From Octopus vulgaris (taxonomy: Eukaryota), in NCBI GenBank assembly GCA_951406725.2, contig OX597828.1, positions 18,910,001 to 18,974,000 of the forward strand: DNA of 64,000 bases, written 5' to 3'. The position numbers were made by a program, and so were the translations under genes. Positions 37,856 through 51,167 of the stretch are shown in pieces (position 1 is the stretch's first letter; the number at the start of each line of letters is the position of its first letter). The notes below the pieces were generated by a model. That model was not told the origin of the DNA, did no database searches, and saw nothing but the letters and a program-made list of their open reading frames with translations.

Positions 37856-39440
37856 TTCATCATTATCACCATCATCATAACCCTCATTAAATTTACGCCC
37901 ATTTTTTTTCCCTTTATCCATAATGCCAAGAATTAATAAACTTCTTTTCTTCTCATTTTGCACTACAACCAACCTTATGCATTGCTTATTCATGTATCAT
38001 CATTCCAAATTTTATACCATTCCTTACTTTGGTTATAAACATCTTGTATATGGGTTTTGAAACAGCCCCCATAACTCGTTCGTTTACCCTTAAATTTCTC
38101 AGTGTTTACCAGATCCTGGAGTGTGACCCTCTGCCAAAACCCTTCTTGGGGTCAGCAAAAAAAAATTTTTTAATTACTTTTGTGTTTGTCCCCTACACTG
38201 AAGTAAATAACATCCTACAGTTGTTATTCTCTCAGAGTGGTATATAAACTACTTATGTACACAGTCTTAAAAGAGAGAGGTCATATCATTGTGATATATA
38301 TGGTAAATCTTCCTCTGAAAATGGTTCTTTAACTCAGCATTAGCGCCTTCATTTAGGGTCAGCAGTGAAGATGCCAAGAAACACTTCCTGATCTAAAACC
38401 AGGGCTAGCATACCTCAGCAAAGATCCAGAAGAGATAAACTCTTCATACCACAAAAAAAGGTTCTGTACAGGTATTTTACCTGTACACATGAAGACGATG
38501 ATAATATTTGTTTCAAATTTTAATGCAGACAATCTAGACTTACATTATCCTAAGTGACCTTTCCAAGACAGTGTGATGTGATTGGAGACAGATTGAGCTG
38601 GTATTTCTAACAGGTCAGGCAGCCACATTTAGGTTCCATTGTAAGCATGAATATGCATGAATATACACATATTGTTGCTTTTGTTATTGTTTAGCTCTGG
38701 GTCAACCCTAATTGAGCAGATCTATTATCAAAAGTATTCTGTCCATGACCATCCTGTGTTATTCCTACACAGCAATCCCAACACTACACCACTCAATGTG
38801 TCTTTTTATTTATTTTTTTCTAAGTCAGTGGAACGTAATCTGGGAAAAATTTAGATGCTATTTTTAGCAAATCATGTAGCAAAATCATAGCCTCCCTATT
38901 GGTTTGCGAATTGATCGTGGTTTGCATTGGTAAAAATTAAATGGATGAAGTTCATAACTTTTGGTATGTTTGTACACCATCGGGAAAAGAGGAATCTGAG
39001 ATTTTTGAATTGAACTTTCAGATGAGAGAAGAAGAAAATTCTTCAAGTTGAAAAGCAATTTTTTTATTCCCTCTCAATCCCAAGACATTAGATTCCTCTC
39101 TTCCCTCACACCACCATCACCTCACTATGACACACAAACTTAACCAAACTTAGGAATTCCACTAAAAATATAGCATTTATCGAAAACACATTGCGGTAGA
39201 AGTCAGATCTCTTACATCTATAAGTCACCTCCTCATCTTGTAGGAACTTTCCCATGGTAACACATTGTGATACAAACCTGGCCTCTCAGCTTCTCTAAGC
39301 CTATCCCTGTCTGGCATGAACTTTCCACTGAATACTACTTGCAATATTGTTGCTATTCTGTTGTCCATACCAACGATGTTCTATGAGTCATTCTTCTACT
39401 CGTGATACTAGTTATTCTTTCCACTCAGACCAGAGAAGAG

Positions 39441-39472
<32 letters not shown>

Positions 39473-39565
39473 ATATATATATACATACATAGGTATACAT
39501 ATATATACATACATATATAGATATATATCTGTAAATATAATATGTGACAATTATTTGGTAGCCAT

Positions 39566-39626
39566 GATAAAACTCTGAGTTTCGGATGTCAGGGTGGAAA
39601 TCCACGCCGCCATCTCTTCAGTTATC
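39566..39626 (-). ncRNA. Type I hammerhead ribozyme motif with extended helix II, in a ~350-bp element at about 39540-39890 between (TA)n tracts
   Basis: GATAA-CTGAAGA-GATGGCGGCGTGG ATTT CCACCCTGACATCC-GAA-ACTCAGAGT-T-TTATC: helix I GATAA/TTATC, GUU triplet. Confidence 0.75.
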
Positions 39627-39888
39627 CAGCCATCGAAAAAATGCTATGAAAATGACTGTTAAACACAGGGAAATTACTGTTTGATTGACCGTTATTAAGA
39701 CAAAAGAGCTATCAGAATTACCACTAAGTGAGGAGAGGGAGTAAAGGTAAGGGAGTGAAAATGTTCATAGTATTAGCGTAAGCACGCATGTCCATACCTA
39801 CACATACGCGATCACATACCCACGTAAATTCTTCTATTTACATAATATCGAGGTCTCTTTCATTCTTTTGTTGTCTTATCATTTCTAT

Positions 39889-39936
<48 letters not shown>

Positions 39937-40052
39937 ATGTATGTACATATATATGTATACACAAGAATCGATCACGCTCTGATCAAATCTTCCACGTGTT
40001 AACATGTGCCTCCTTGTGACATTGTAAACTTTCGTTTAATCGAGATACTCTT

Positions 40053-40136
40053 GGCCTGATGAGTAACCTGCAGTATACACTTCACTTGGATACTTACCAC
40101 TTCTAACATTCTGCTCACTATGAAACATATGTAGCC
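40053..40136 (+). ncRNA. Type I hammerhead ribozyme motif with ~60-nt helix II region
   Basis: GGC-CTGATGA-GT..GCAG...CTGC..ACTAT-GAA-ACATATGT-A-GCC: palindromic helix III ACATATGT, GUA triplet. Confidence 0.65.
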
Positions 40137-40168
40137 CAGGTCTTTTCTACTCTATTCCTTAACTCCTG

Positions 40169-40212
<44 letters not shown>

Positions 40213-40655
40213 TATAAATTCTTCAACTGATGATGCAGGATTTTCTTCAAGTAATGCCTCAAAGAGCTTATCATCAAACTCAACTGGATGTCCTGTTTGA
40301 TCTTCATCTTCAAGGCTAAAATCTTCACTTCTGAATTTTGCAAACCATCTTCTGCAAGTTCTTTCATTCAAGCATTCTTTCCCATAAACTGAGTGTATGT
40401 TTCGTGTCGCTTCAGCTGCAGAGTTTCCTTTTTTGTATTCATAAACCATTATGTGCTTTAAATGCTCTTTGGATACTTCCATGTTAGAAAGGGTTTTAAT
40501 CAAAGAAATTTTAATTCTATTATTCTCTAAAATAATATTTAATTAGTTTAAATGTACACAAATGCATAAAAATAATTTTTAATTCCATTAGATATTCTAA
40601 AATACTATTAAATTTCATTCAATTTTAAAAAGGTAAAATCGGACAGAACTTAGTA
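40213..40655 (-). pseudogene. Mariner (Mos1/Hsmar-like) transposon 5' fragment; transposase HTH domains truncated by (CA)n
   Basis: ATG at 40482: MEVSKEHLKHIMVYEYKKGNSAAEATRNIHSVYGKECLNERTCRRWFAKFRSEDFSLEDEDQTGHPVEFDDKLFEALLEENP, the canonical mariner N-terminus. Confidence 0.9.
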
Positions 40656-41479
40656 TACATGTAAGCAGTAGTGTAATCAAAAACTTTTGAAGTTAATAGA
40701 CATGTTTTTCTCAAAACACAGGTGCACAGAAAACTTTTAACAGAAATTGTATTAAAGACAGCTATACCACAACAGTAGATTTTGCTACATATTCAACTAA
40801 CATCAATAGTCAAAAATATAACCTTAACAATTACCAACAGCACTGCAATTATACAATAACATTCCCTTTAAAATGAAAATTATTTGGCAAATACCATCAT
40901 TTATTGCATAAAGGTGGCCAACAAATGTAATACTGGTTTAACAGCAAACACTTTCAAATTAAGATGCAACCAACATAGATATGTCTTCAATACACCATCC
41001 AGGAAAATGGCAAACTTGGTGTGGTATACTGGGAGATATTGATGATAACAGGGATTACAATGAACTTGAAAACTCACTATATTACACTACATGAAAACAA
41101 AGTCGTCAATCATATCTCCAATACCCACTGGGTTAACAGATTTTCCATTAACACGTTTTATGTTGCTTATTTACCTAGTAGGTTAAAATCACAATCATCA
41201 TTATCATCATCATCCTCCTCCTCATCATCATTATCTTCATTTTAACATCCACTTTCTCCTGTTCAGAATTTGTTGCGGAGGACTTTTTTATGGTTGGATG
41301 TTCTTTGCGTCAGCAGCCCTCACCTGTTTCAAGGAAAGTAATATTTCCGCATGGTTGGTCATGTTTTCACCACAAGATTAGTAACAAAGGCAAACCCGCT
41401 TCTATGACAGTGACCCTCATTTACAACTATCACCCAAACATCAAGACAAGGGGTCAGAAACACACACACATGTAGACAT

Positions 41480-42080
41480 ATATATGTGATGGGCTTCTAT
41501 CAGTTTCTGTCTACCAAATCCACACAGAAGGCTTTGGTCTGCCCAAGGCTATAGTAGAAGACACTTGCTCAGGGTGCCATGCAGTGGGACTGAACCTGAA
41601 ACCATGTGATTAGGAAGTGAACTTCTCAACTACACAGCCATGCTTGCAACTAATACATCTTTTATCTTTTACTTGTTTCAGTTATTGGACAATGGCCATG
41701 CTGGAGCATTTCTTAAAAGGGCTCACTCAAACAATTTGCCCCCTTCCCCCCTACAAAAACACCCTTTTTAAAAAATCCTGGTACTTATTCTATTGGCCTT
41801 TTTTGCTGAAGTGTTAAGGTATAGGGACATAAACAAACCAACACTGGTTGTCAAGCAGTGGTGACAGGGGGGGGGGGTTAACACACACATACACACACAC
41901 ACACACACATACATACAATAGACTTCAATTAGTTTCCATCTACCACATGCACTCACAAGCCTTTAGTCAGTTTGGGGTTATTGCAGAAAACCTTCGCCCC
42001 AGGTGTTGCACTGTGGGGGTTAAACCCAAAAATCACACGATTTGGGAAGTAAGCATCTTAACCACGCAGCTATGCCTTGC
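41480..42080 (-). mobile_element. Two tRNA/CORE SINEs (head at 41480-41645; older full copy at 41660-42080)
   Basis: Consensus match. Confidence 0.8.
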
Positions 42081-42574
42081 TTACAACATTTAAAAAAAAA
42101 AAAAGTCTTTATATTTAGCATTTTTATTATTGTTTTTTCATTTTCTTTTTAGTGCAGAAAATCTTGTCTATTGATCTATGAACATTTCACAGAATTCTTT
42201 CTTTGTGTTGATAGATGTATTTAATTTAGTAAGTGTATCAATGTAAGTTATGCTAATCTCATCAGCTAAAAGTTATTTCAGCGAAGCACTCATGAAATTT
42301 CTGTTCAGAATTATTGAATCTAAAGAAATCTGACAATTCGTTTATAAAGCTCAAACAGACAAGCTTATTTTACTACTTGATAACCTATTTAAGTTCAATG
42401 TATAAGAGACGAGGACTTTCTTTGCAGGATATCATCAATAAATTATCTTTTGAAAGGAATCGGTTATCAGGATGTTTAGGATTCGTGCTGCCTTTTAACA
42501 AAAATATATACATGCATACTTATTATATACACTCATGTATGCATATATATATATATACATACATATATACGTGT

Positions 42575-42623
<49 letters not shown>

Positions 42624-42863
42624 TACACATACTCACACATATATACATATATATATATATATGTATATATATACACACACACATATATACATATAGATAT
42701 ATATATGCATATATATTTATTTATATATATGTGCATATATTTATGCATTTACATATATGCACATATATATATATATATATGCACATATATATATATATAG
42801 ATCAAAGTCTCTTGGTTTTTATAATGTATGTATGTATGTATGTACATATATATATAAATATAC

Positions 42864-42917
<54 letters not shown>

Positions 42918-42971
42918 TTATATATACACATTTATATATACACATTTATATATATGTGCATATATTACTCA

Positions 42972-43960
42972 GTGCAGGTATGGTTGAGTGGTAAGAAGTT
43001 TGCTTCGTAAACACATGGTCCTGGGTTCAGTCCCCCTGCGTGGCATGCCTTCTACTAGCCAAAGCCTTATGAGTGGATTTGGTAGAGAGAAACTGACAGA
43101 AACTGCATCACCATAACTGAGTGTTATGATAAGAGACCAATAGAATAAGGTCCAGATTTAAACCCTTTGGCATGTAGATTGTACTATATTGAGCCCAAAT
43201 ATTCTATTAGTTTTATGGTGAAACTGGCTAGATCTGGTATCCCACATGATGTTATTCTAAAACTAAAAACAATCACATCGTTAAAATTTTGTAATTACGC
43301 AATAATGCATGATTAATTCAAAATGTCAATAAATAAGCATTACATTTAACAGAGCCATCTAAATGCGATAGGGTTACAAAAAAAACAAAAAAAAAACAAT
43401 AAACAATAAAAGAAGTGGTTAGTCCACATCACTCAGTGAGGAGTGATAGGGTTAGTTTTTCTGGTGTATATAATATTCCTCCCTAGAGCAATTTGAAATG
43501 GACTGACTTGCTCAAGAATACAATGCATTGCTTGGGCCAGGAATCGAAACCACAATCTTACAATTATGAGCGGAACACTCTAACCACTAAGCCATGCACC
43601 TCCATGTAAAATGAAATAAATACCGTGCCGATGTCACATAAAAAGCACCAACCGATCGTGGTTGCTGCCAGCCTCCCCTGGCACCTGTGCTGGTGGCACG
43701 TAAAAAGCACCCACTACACTCACGGAGTGGTTGGCGTTAGGAAGGGCATCCAGCTGTAGTAACACTGCCAGATCAGATTGGAGTCAGATGCAGCCTCCTG
43801 GCTTTCCAGACCCCGGTTGAACCGTCCAACCCATGCTAGCATGGAAAGCGGACATTGAACGATGATGATGATTTTTGATTTGTTTGACTAAGCATTTCAA
43901 GACAGTGCCCCAGCATGGGCCCCATTCTAATGATTGAAACAAGTAAAAGACATAATAAAA
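42972..43960 (+). mobile_element. Nested cluster: CORE SINE interrupted by a TTAA MITE, a tRNA-SINE head (minus) and a GGAAGGGCATCC element (plus)
   Basis: SINE head at 42972-43160 and tail at about 43875-43960 flank 43160-43376, 43480-43605 and 43630-43871. Confidence 0.7.
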
Positions 43961-44288
43961 GATAGATACATTTACGAAACCATTTTGTCTGACACGCTGT
44001 CTGCTATCAATTAACTTTCCTAGACTTTCGGGGCTTAACGTACATACGTGTTAAAGTTATACTATCCTTCGTACAAGGCTTAATTGAAACATATTACAAC
44101 AGCAACATGTGCCTGCCCTTCCACCATGTGACACCATCTTCCGCGATATTCCATCATGTTCCATCATGTTCCACCATGCAATGAAATCTAGTTAATGATA
44201 TGCCTCACTTGCACTTTCATTGTGTCTGTGTTAACACTTTAATTATATAATGTTCACAGGCTTCATATGACTCACACTTTGTTGCTGG

Positions 44289-44358
<70 letters not shown>

Positions 44359-44733
44359 GTTGTTGTTATGTTTTATTTTGCTTTGCTATGGAAAACACGT
44401 GCTTGTGAGCGTATGTATGTGCTTGTATGTGCCTGCCCATCTGTATATGTTTATTCATGCACATGTACATACAAAAAAGCTACTGGTGTGTCTAAGTACA
44501 TATATTATGTGGTATATCTATGTGTGTGTGTGTGTATGTGTGTGTGTGTGCATATGTATGCACATATACACATATACAATTATATATATATATAGAGGTG
44601 TGTGTATGTATGTATATATATACGTATATAGATGTGTTTTGTGTGTATATGACTACATATACATTGAGTTATGTATGTGTATGTATATACACCTGCATGT
44701 GTATATGTGTGCATATGAATGCAGATATATTGA

Positions 44734-44786
<53 letters not shown>

Positions 44787-45159
44787 ATGTATATATATAT
44801 GTATATGTACGTATATATATTTATATTTATATATATATGTATTTATATATATGCTCAAGCATACTCACACACGCACACACACACATACACACACACACAC
44901 ATATCCATTTAGTGTTCTTTGTTTCCAAACAGTTTTCATTGATTAAACTTTAACCAAAGCCAAGTGGTCCACATTGTTTGGGGAACTCTAAATTTAACGA
45001 GGCTCTCTCTTAATTGGATTACAGCGACAAAAGGATGCCAAGGAATCAAATGCATATAAAACCCTGCTGTGTACACACAAGCAATCGTATGCAAACACGC
45101 ACATATACCACACACACATACACATATACACACACGCACGCACCTGCACATATATACAG

Positions 45160-45235
45160 ACACAGAGAGGCATGATGTACATGCAGACATACACACACAC
45201 ACACAGAAGCATGTACATGCACAGACATACACACT

Positions 45236-45266
<31 letters not shown>

Positions 45267-45460
45267 ACACAGAAGCATATACATGCACAGACATTCACAC
45301 ACATACACACACACACACAGAAGCATGTACATGCACAGATGCACACACACACACAAACACACACACAACGCAGGCATGTACATGCACAAACATACACACA
45401 CATACACACACGCATGCACACACTCACATATACACACACACAGAGGCATTACATGCACAG

Positions 45461-45491
<31 letters not shown>

Positions 45492-45730
45492 AGCACACAA
45501 CGCAGGCATGTACGTGCACAAACATACACACACGCATGCACACACACATACACACACACAGAGGCATTACATGCACAGACATACACACACACACACACAA
45601 ACACACAACGCAGGCATGTACATGCACAAACATACACACACATACACACACGCATGCACACACTCACATATACACACACACAGAGGCATTACATGCACAG
45701 ACATACACACACATACACAAACACACACAC
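45160..45730 (+). repeat. CA-rich higher-order minisatellite
   Basis: GCATGTACATGCACA units; blocks starting at 45361 and 45601 are identical over about 110 bp (240-bp offset). Confidence 0.9.
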
Positions 45731-46609
45731 CATATGTTTTTCGTTTATTTTGCAGACTTTTCAACATGTCCCTAGTTTAAAAGTGTGAAGTGGGCGATGT
45801 ATGTTTGATTATGCGTATAATAAATAGGGGCTAACATATTGTGTTCCACATTATTTTTGGTAGGAAGTGGATGGTATGGAGGGGTACCTTTGGTTGATTG
45901 TACATAGAGGAATGGAAAAAGGGGTTGAAAAAAATACACTCAGTAAAACTACACTTACATACACATTATACATACATATATACCTATATATATATATATA
46001 AATATATATATATATGATAAATAAAAATATATGCATACATACAAACATATATGTACGTACCTACATCTACATGTATATATACATGCATATATAAATAATT
46101 ATGCGTGAGTACAGGACACCACAACAAGACGTAGAAACGGGAAAAACAAAAAAAACAAAAAGACAAAAAAAACAGTTACAGGACGTGCTACACAAGGAAA
46201 AAACCCCCGTCATCAGCTGTCGCTAGTAGACTCAAGCATGTTTCGAAGGCATATATATACATGCGTGTGTGTCTGTGTGTGTGTGTGTAACATATGGCAT
46301 GATTATAAACTGGGCAAATTTTAGCCATTTCTCTGCAGACTGAAAAAAAAAATGAACAACCTTCATCAATTTTGAAACCTTATTGGGTTCTTATCAGGGG
46401 CATCCACATCATTCTAATAGTTTCCAGAAAAAAAAGCAAGCAGCCAAACTGTATATATACTCAACAAATGCAGCAGTTATTCTATGAAAGAGTCCCTAAT
46501 TTGCATACTGAAAGTGTTTGATGCTCTATAAATACCAGCAGCCTGTTAACAGAGAACTTAGTTCATACAGTATCAAGGTATGATATAATAAATAAATAAA
46601 TATATATAT

Positions 46610-47000
46610 GTGGCTGTTTAGTAAGTAACTTGCTTGCAAACCATATGGTTCCAGGTTCAGTCCCACTGTGTGTCACCTTGGGCAAATGTCTTCTACTATA
46701 GACTCGGGGCCGACCAATGCCTTGTGAGTGGATTTGAGAGACAGAAACTGAAAGAAGCTCATCGTATATATGTATATATATATGTATGTGTGTGTATATG
46801 TTTGTGTTTCTGTATTTGTCCCCCCGCCAAACATCGCTTGACAACCGATGCTGGTTTATGTCCCTGTAACTTAGTGGTTCGGCAAAAGAGAGGTAGAATA
46901 AGTACTAGGCTTACAGAGAATAAGTCCTGGGGTCGATTTGCTCAACTAAAGGCAGTGCTCCAGCATGGCTGCAGTCAAATGACTGAAACAAGTAAAAGAG
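46610..47000 (+). mobile_element. tRNA/CORE SINE
   Basis: Consensus match. Confidence 0.9.
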
Positions 47001-47027
47001 TATATATATATATATATATATTCACAT

Positions 47028-47212
47028 GATAGATCACCAGCCACTACACATTCTTTATTTTCTCTCCTTGTTTCTCTCCCTGTTACTTTCTGTGAAAGAG
47101 CGTAGGCTCGAAACGTTAAAGACTTTTTCACTTCCCGAGCGTTATACTAATACATCTGTTTGTTGTCTACACCACCTGTCTTCGTCTTTTGTATTTTTTG
47201 TGAATTCTCCCT
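47028..47212 (+). mobile_element. Hammerhead-like element with variant core, inserted in (TA)n
   Basis: CTTT-CTGTGAA-AGAGC GTAG GCTC-GAAACGT-T-AAAG at 47086-47121; 3' flank similar to 57198-57390. Confidence 0.6.
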
Positions 47213-48123
47213 ATATATATACACACCCACATGTCTCCACATTCAGTCCCACTGCATACTGCATGATACCTTGGGCAAGTATCTTCTACTATAGCCTTGG
47301 ACCGACCAAAGCCTTGTGAGTGGATATGGTTGAAAAAAAGCTGAAAGAAGACTCTCGTGTGTGTGTTTGTGTGTGTGTGTCACAGATCAATTCATTCAAC
47401 TAAAAATTCTTCAAAGTGGTGCCCCAGCATGGTCGCAGTCTAACGACTGTAAGGAGTGAAGGGTACATGTGAGGCTGCAGTGTCATCTTTGGTATGGCTT
47501 CTATGACTGGGTGTCCTTCCTAATGCCAACCATTTTACAGAGTCCACTGGGTGCTTTTTACATGCCATCAGCACCAGTGAGGTCGCCATGAAAGAAAAGG
47601 AGAAGTGGATAAGCTTCCAGCCCTAAGAAGCAGTATTTGGTAGAGGATGGGTAGCTTTAAGTCAGGTGTTGAACCTAAAAGTAATAAAAGAGCGACAAGC
47701 ACAGGTATGTTGCAGTGGAGGAGATATTGTCAAAGCAGATTTTCTACTGCTGGATGCTCTTCCTGTGGCTAACCTTCACTTGTTTCCATGTAAGCTAATA
47801 TTTCCTCATTGCCTGGCATTCTTTTCGAGAAAGATCAGAAACGAATGACATGGCTTGCATAATGGTGATGGTCATTGATAGCTTTTATGCATTGTCAGGA
47901 CAAAGAGAGTCAAGCATACACAGGAGTCGCAACCACCGTATACATGTATACACGGCTACAGCTACATACAGATGTATCTATCTTTCTCATTGTTTGTCTT
48001 TTACTTGTTTCTTTGAATAGTGCTTGACTACCAAAGGCAGAGTGGAAACGCATATATAGCAAAGCCAGAGTATATACACACACATGTACATATAAACACA
48101 TATACACATGTATATATATATAT

Positions 48124-48162
<39 letters not shown>

Positions 48163-48168
<6 letters not shown>

Positions 48169-48349
48169 TATATAGAAGGAGCTTCTACAGGACTAGAACT
48201 GTTTCATTCAAGAGAAATCTGAAGATTTCTCTTGAATGAAACAGTTCTAGTCCTGTAGAAGCTCCTTCTATATAATAAATTAATTTTACTCTACTATGTA
48301 TTGAGTACCTTATTTACTGTGGTTAACCCCGAATCAACCCGGGACCTAC

Positions 48350-48350
<1 letters not shown>
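48163..48350 (+). mobile_element. Fold-back element: 58-bp perfect inverted repeat plus 70-bp extension with hammerhead core (Penelope-like pLTR)
   Basis: Arms 48163-48220 and 48223-48280 with GA spacer; CTGAAGA-T TTC TCTT GAA T-GAA-ACAG TTCTAGTC CTGT-A at 48219-48257; flanked by (TA)n. Confidence 0.75.
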
Positions 48351-48380
<30 letters not shown>

Positions 48381-48450
48381 TACATATATATACATATATG
48401 CATATATATATATATATACACACACATATATATATACATATATGTATATA

Positions 48451-48496
<46 letters not shown>

Positions 48497-48523
48497 CATA
48501 TATATGTATATATATATGTATAG

Positions 48524-48554
<31 letters not shown>

Positions 48555-49269
48555 AGCTGTGTGTATGTGTATATCTGTGTGTGTATATATATGTGTGTAT
48601 ATTTGTGTGTGTACCTGTATATATATTATACACGTACACCTCAGCGTACATATATATATGCAAATATATGTATATATATGCAGATTCGTTTAGAAAAACT
48701 GATGTCATATGCATGTAAGGCATCGTTATTATCTTCTTCATTACCATCGCAACCACCATCACCCTCATTGTCACCAACACCGCCGCCGCCATCATCATCA
48801 TCATCGTCGTCATCATCAATGTCATCACCGTCGTCATCTTCATCGTCACTATCGCTCGTCATTGTCATTGACATTTTAATGTCCATTCATCCATACTGGA
48901 ACAGGGTTAAACAAATCAACAGCCATGTAAAGATTTTCTCCATTCATTTCAGTGGTGGTATGTGATCTGCGTGAAGACGTAAACTTCTAAGAGATTCTTC
49001 CTAATTACGTTCTCTGGCATCTTTGTTTACTTGACCTTCTGCCACCACCACCGCCACCATCACCAACCATTATTGCCATCACCACTATCGTCGCCACTGC
49101 CATGCCGACCACCATCACTGCTGTTACAACCAACACATGCATCTAACCTCCACCGATGCTTACCACCACAACCATCTCCGCCATCACGTCATTCTACTTT
49201 TAGATGTCCTACATTTCATAAGACCTCTCTTTATACACACACACACACATACAAACACAATTATACATA

Positions 49270-49315
<46 letters not shown>

Positions 49316-49599
49316 AGCACATATACTCAAGCACATATACTCAAATGTACATACCTACATACACATATATACAAACATAAATACACACACACACACACAC
49401 ACACTTAAACTATTTGATGTTCAGCCTGACTGTCTTCTAAGCTAACATTCCTTATAACATTTCTTCGAAGTTAACTTATAAGAAATATCAACATTTTTTG
49501 TTCATTAAATTTTCTAAGCTAGCATTTCTTGTAAAGTTAAAATCTCTTGCACAAATATCTGTAAATATACGTAGATATATACATAAATACATACATATA

Positions 49600-49644
<45 letters not shown>

Positions 49645-49647
<3 letters not shown>

Positions 49648-49905
49648 TAATCATCATCATCATCATCGTTTAATGTCCGCTTTCCATGCTAGCATGGGTT
49701 TGACGATTTGACTGAGGACCGGCGAACCAGAAGGCTGCACCAGGCTCCAATCCGACCTGGCATAGTTTCTACAGCTGGATGCCCTTCCTAACGCCAACCA
49801 CTCCGATATATATATATATATATCACCATCATCATCATCGTCATCATCATCAGAGAGTGTAGTGGGTGGCATTAGGAAGGGCATCTAGCTGATGTTGATG
49901 ATGAT
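49645..49905 (-). mobile_element. Rearranged GGAAGGGCATCC-domain element
   Basis: Body 49645-49806 interrupted by (TA)n(CAT)n, resumes with GAGTGTAGTGGGTG, then an inverted copy of the GGAAGGGCATC block. Confidence 0.7.
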
Positions 49906-50205
49906 ATATATATGGTAGAAATGGATGTGCACAACGCATGACAAATTTACCATTCTGGTTGCAGTTCTTTGTAGTAATCAAGTTAAAATCCCTCCGTTGT
50001 GTGATGCCATAAATCATATGGTTCTATGCAGTTTTAATATATCTATAACATCCAAGGACATGTTCAGTAGCGTTATGTATCCCATAAACTGCATTTATGA
50101 ATTGCATTGATAGAGTGATATCGTTAATCAATTACCGGATGCAGAAACATGTGTGAATAAAGTAATGAATGAATACCAAGTTAATGCTCCATGTTTTTTC
50201 TCTCA

Positions 50206-50255
<50 letters not shown>

Positions 50256-50339
50256 TTAGAGACAAAACCACTATTTTGCAAAACAAACAAGGAAAGACTT
50301 AATCAATACATAAAATTTTAATAAAAGGTAAAAAAACCG

Positions 50340-50382
50340 CCACTACAATTGTTTCATGTCTTGATCGACAATCTTCAGGTGG
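50340..50382 (-). ncRNA. Minimal type I hammerhead ribozyme (minus-strand copy)
   Basis: Exact reverse complement of 50458-50500. Confidence 0.8.
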
Positions 50383-50457
50383 ATTTCCGATTTTCAAGTC
50401 AGTTTCAAATTATAATTTCAAATTTCATAATTTGAAACTGACTTGAAAATCGGAAAT

Positions 50458-50500
50458 CCACCTGAAGATTGTCGATCAAGACATGAAACAATTGTAGTGG
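50458..50500 (+). ncRNA. Minimal type I hammerhead ribozyme (plus-strand copy)
   Basis: CCAC-CTGAAGA-T TGTC GATCAA GACA T-GAA-ACAATTGT-A-GTGG: helix I CCAC/GTGG, palindromic helix III ACAATTGT, GUA triplet. Confidence 0.85.
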
Positions 50501-50681
50501 CGGTTTTTTAACTTTTTATTAAAATTTTATGTATTGATTAAGTCTTTCCTTGTTTGTTTTGCAAAATAGTGGTTTTGTCTCTAATTAATATTATATAATA
50601 TTTTACTATAAAATTGGATTTAATCCTAAATCTGATTTTTTCCCTGTAAATTTGGATTTATTCCCTAATATTTATTATATA

Positions 50682-50714
<33 letters not shown>

Positions 50715-51167
50715 GTATGTATGTATGTATTTAAGGATTGTATAAAGCATGTGAAATATGAGGGATCAATTGGGAAAGCTTTGCTTGTCATCGCCAACTT
50801 TGAAGGAAACAAGTAAAAGGAATGAATATTTCCAATAAAACATGCATTTTTCAGAGATACTTGAAAACGCACCACCAGTGCAATGAATGGGAGAAGCTTG
50901 GTCTGCCAATACCTATGGACTTCTATGTTCATTAAGAGCTGGACTCATTAGTCAACAGCAGAGCCACTAGTGTAAAGTATAAATTTGTCTGAGTCCTCAA
51001 TGTTGTTAATGGTCAGTGATGGTCTTATTTTGGCACAAGTGAACAGTCATCATATATAAATAAATTCACACATACGTACATGTTTCTTACGAGCTAATAT
51101 CCTTTACTAATTAGCAGTTCTTAATGTGGACACCCTTTTTTTCATTAATTAACACTTCTCAATACTT

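Larger units (their letters stand above)
50243..50677 (+). mobile_element. Fold-back element: 171-bp inverted repeat plus ~80-bp extension (Penelope-like inverted pLTR)
   Basis: Arms 50243-50413 and 50427-50597, 13-nt spacer, two mismatches seen; embedded in (TA)n. Confidence 0.8.

Noticed and set aside
40159-40503. Domesticated SETMAR-like gene
   Set aside because: Only the transposase N-terminus is present, truncated by (CA)n, with no SET or catalytic domain; a mariner relic.
46100-46250. Minus-strand CCTTCGAAACATG and CTGATGACGGGGG motifs
   Set aside because: The core halves are in the wrong order and cannot be closed into one hammerhead; possibly a PLE remnant but not supportable.
50853-50935. 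Acceptor followed by RYLKTHHQCNEWEKLGLPIPMDFYVH*
   Set aside because: Short, no recognisable homology; expected by chance in 64 kb.
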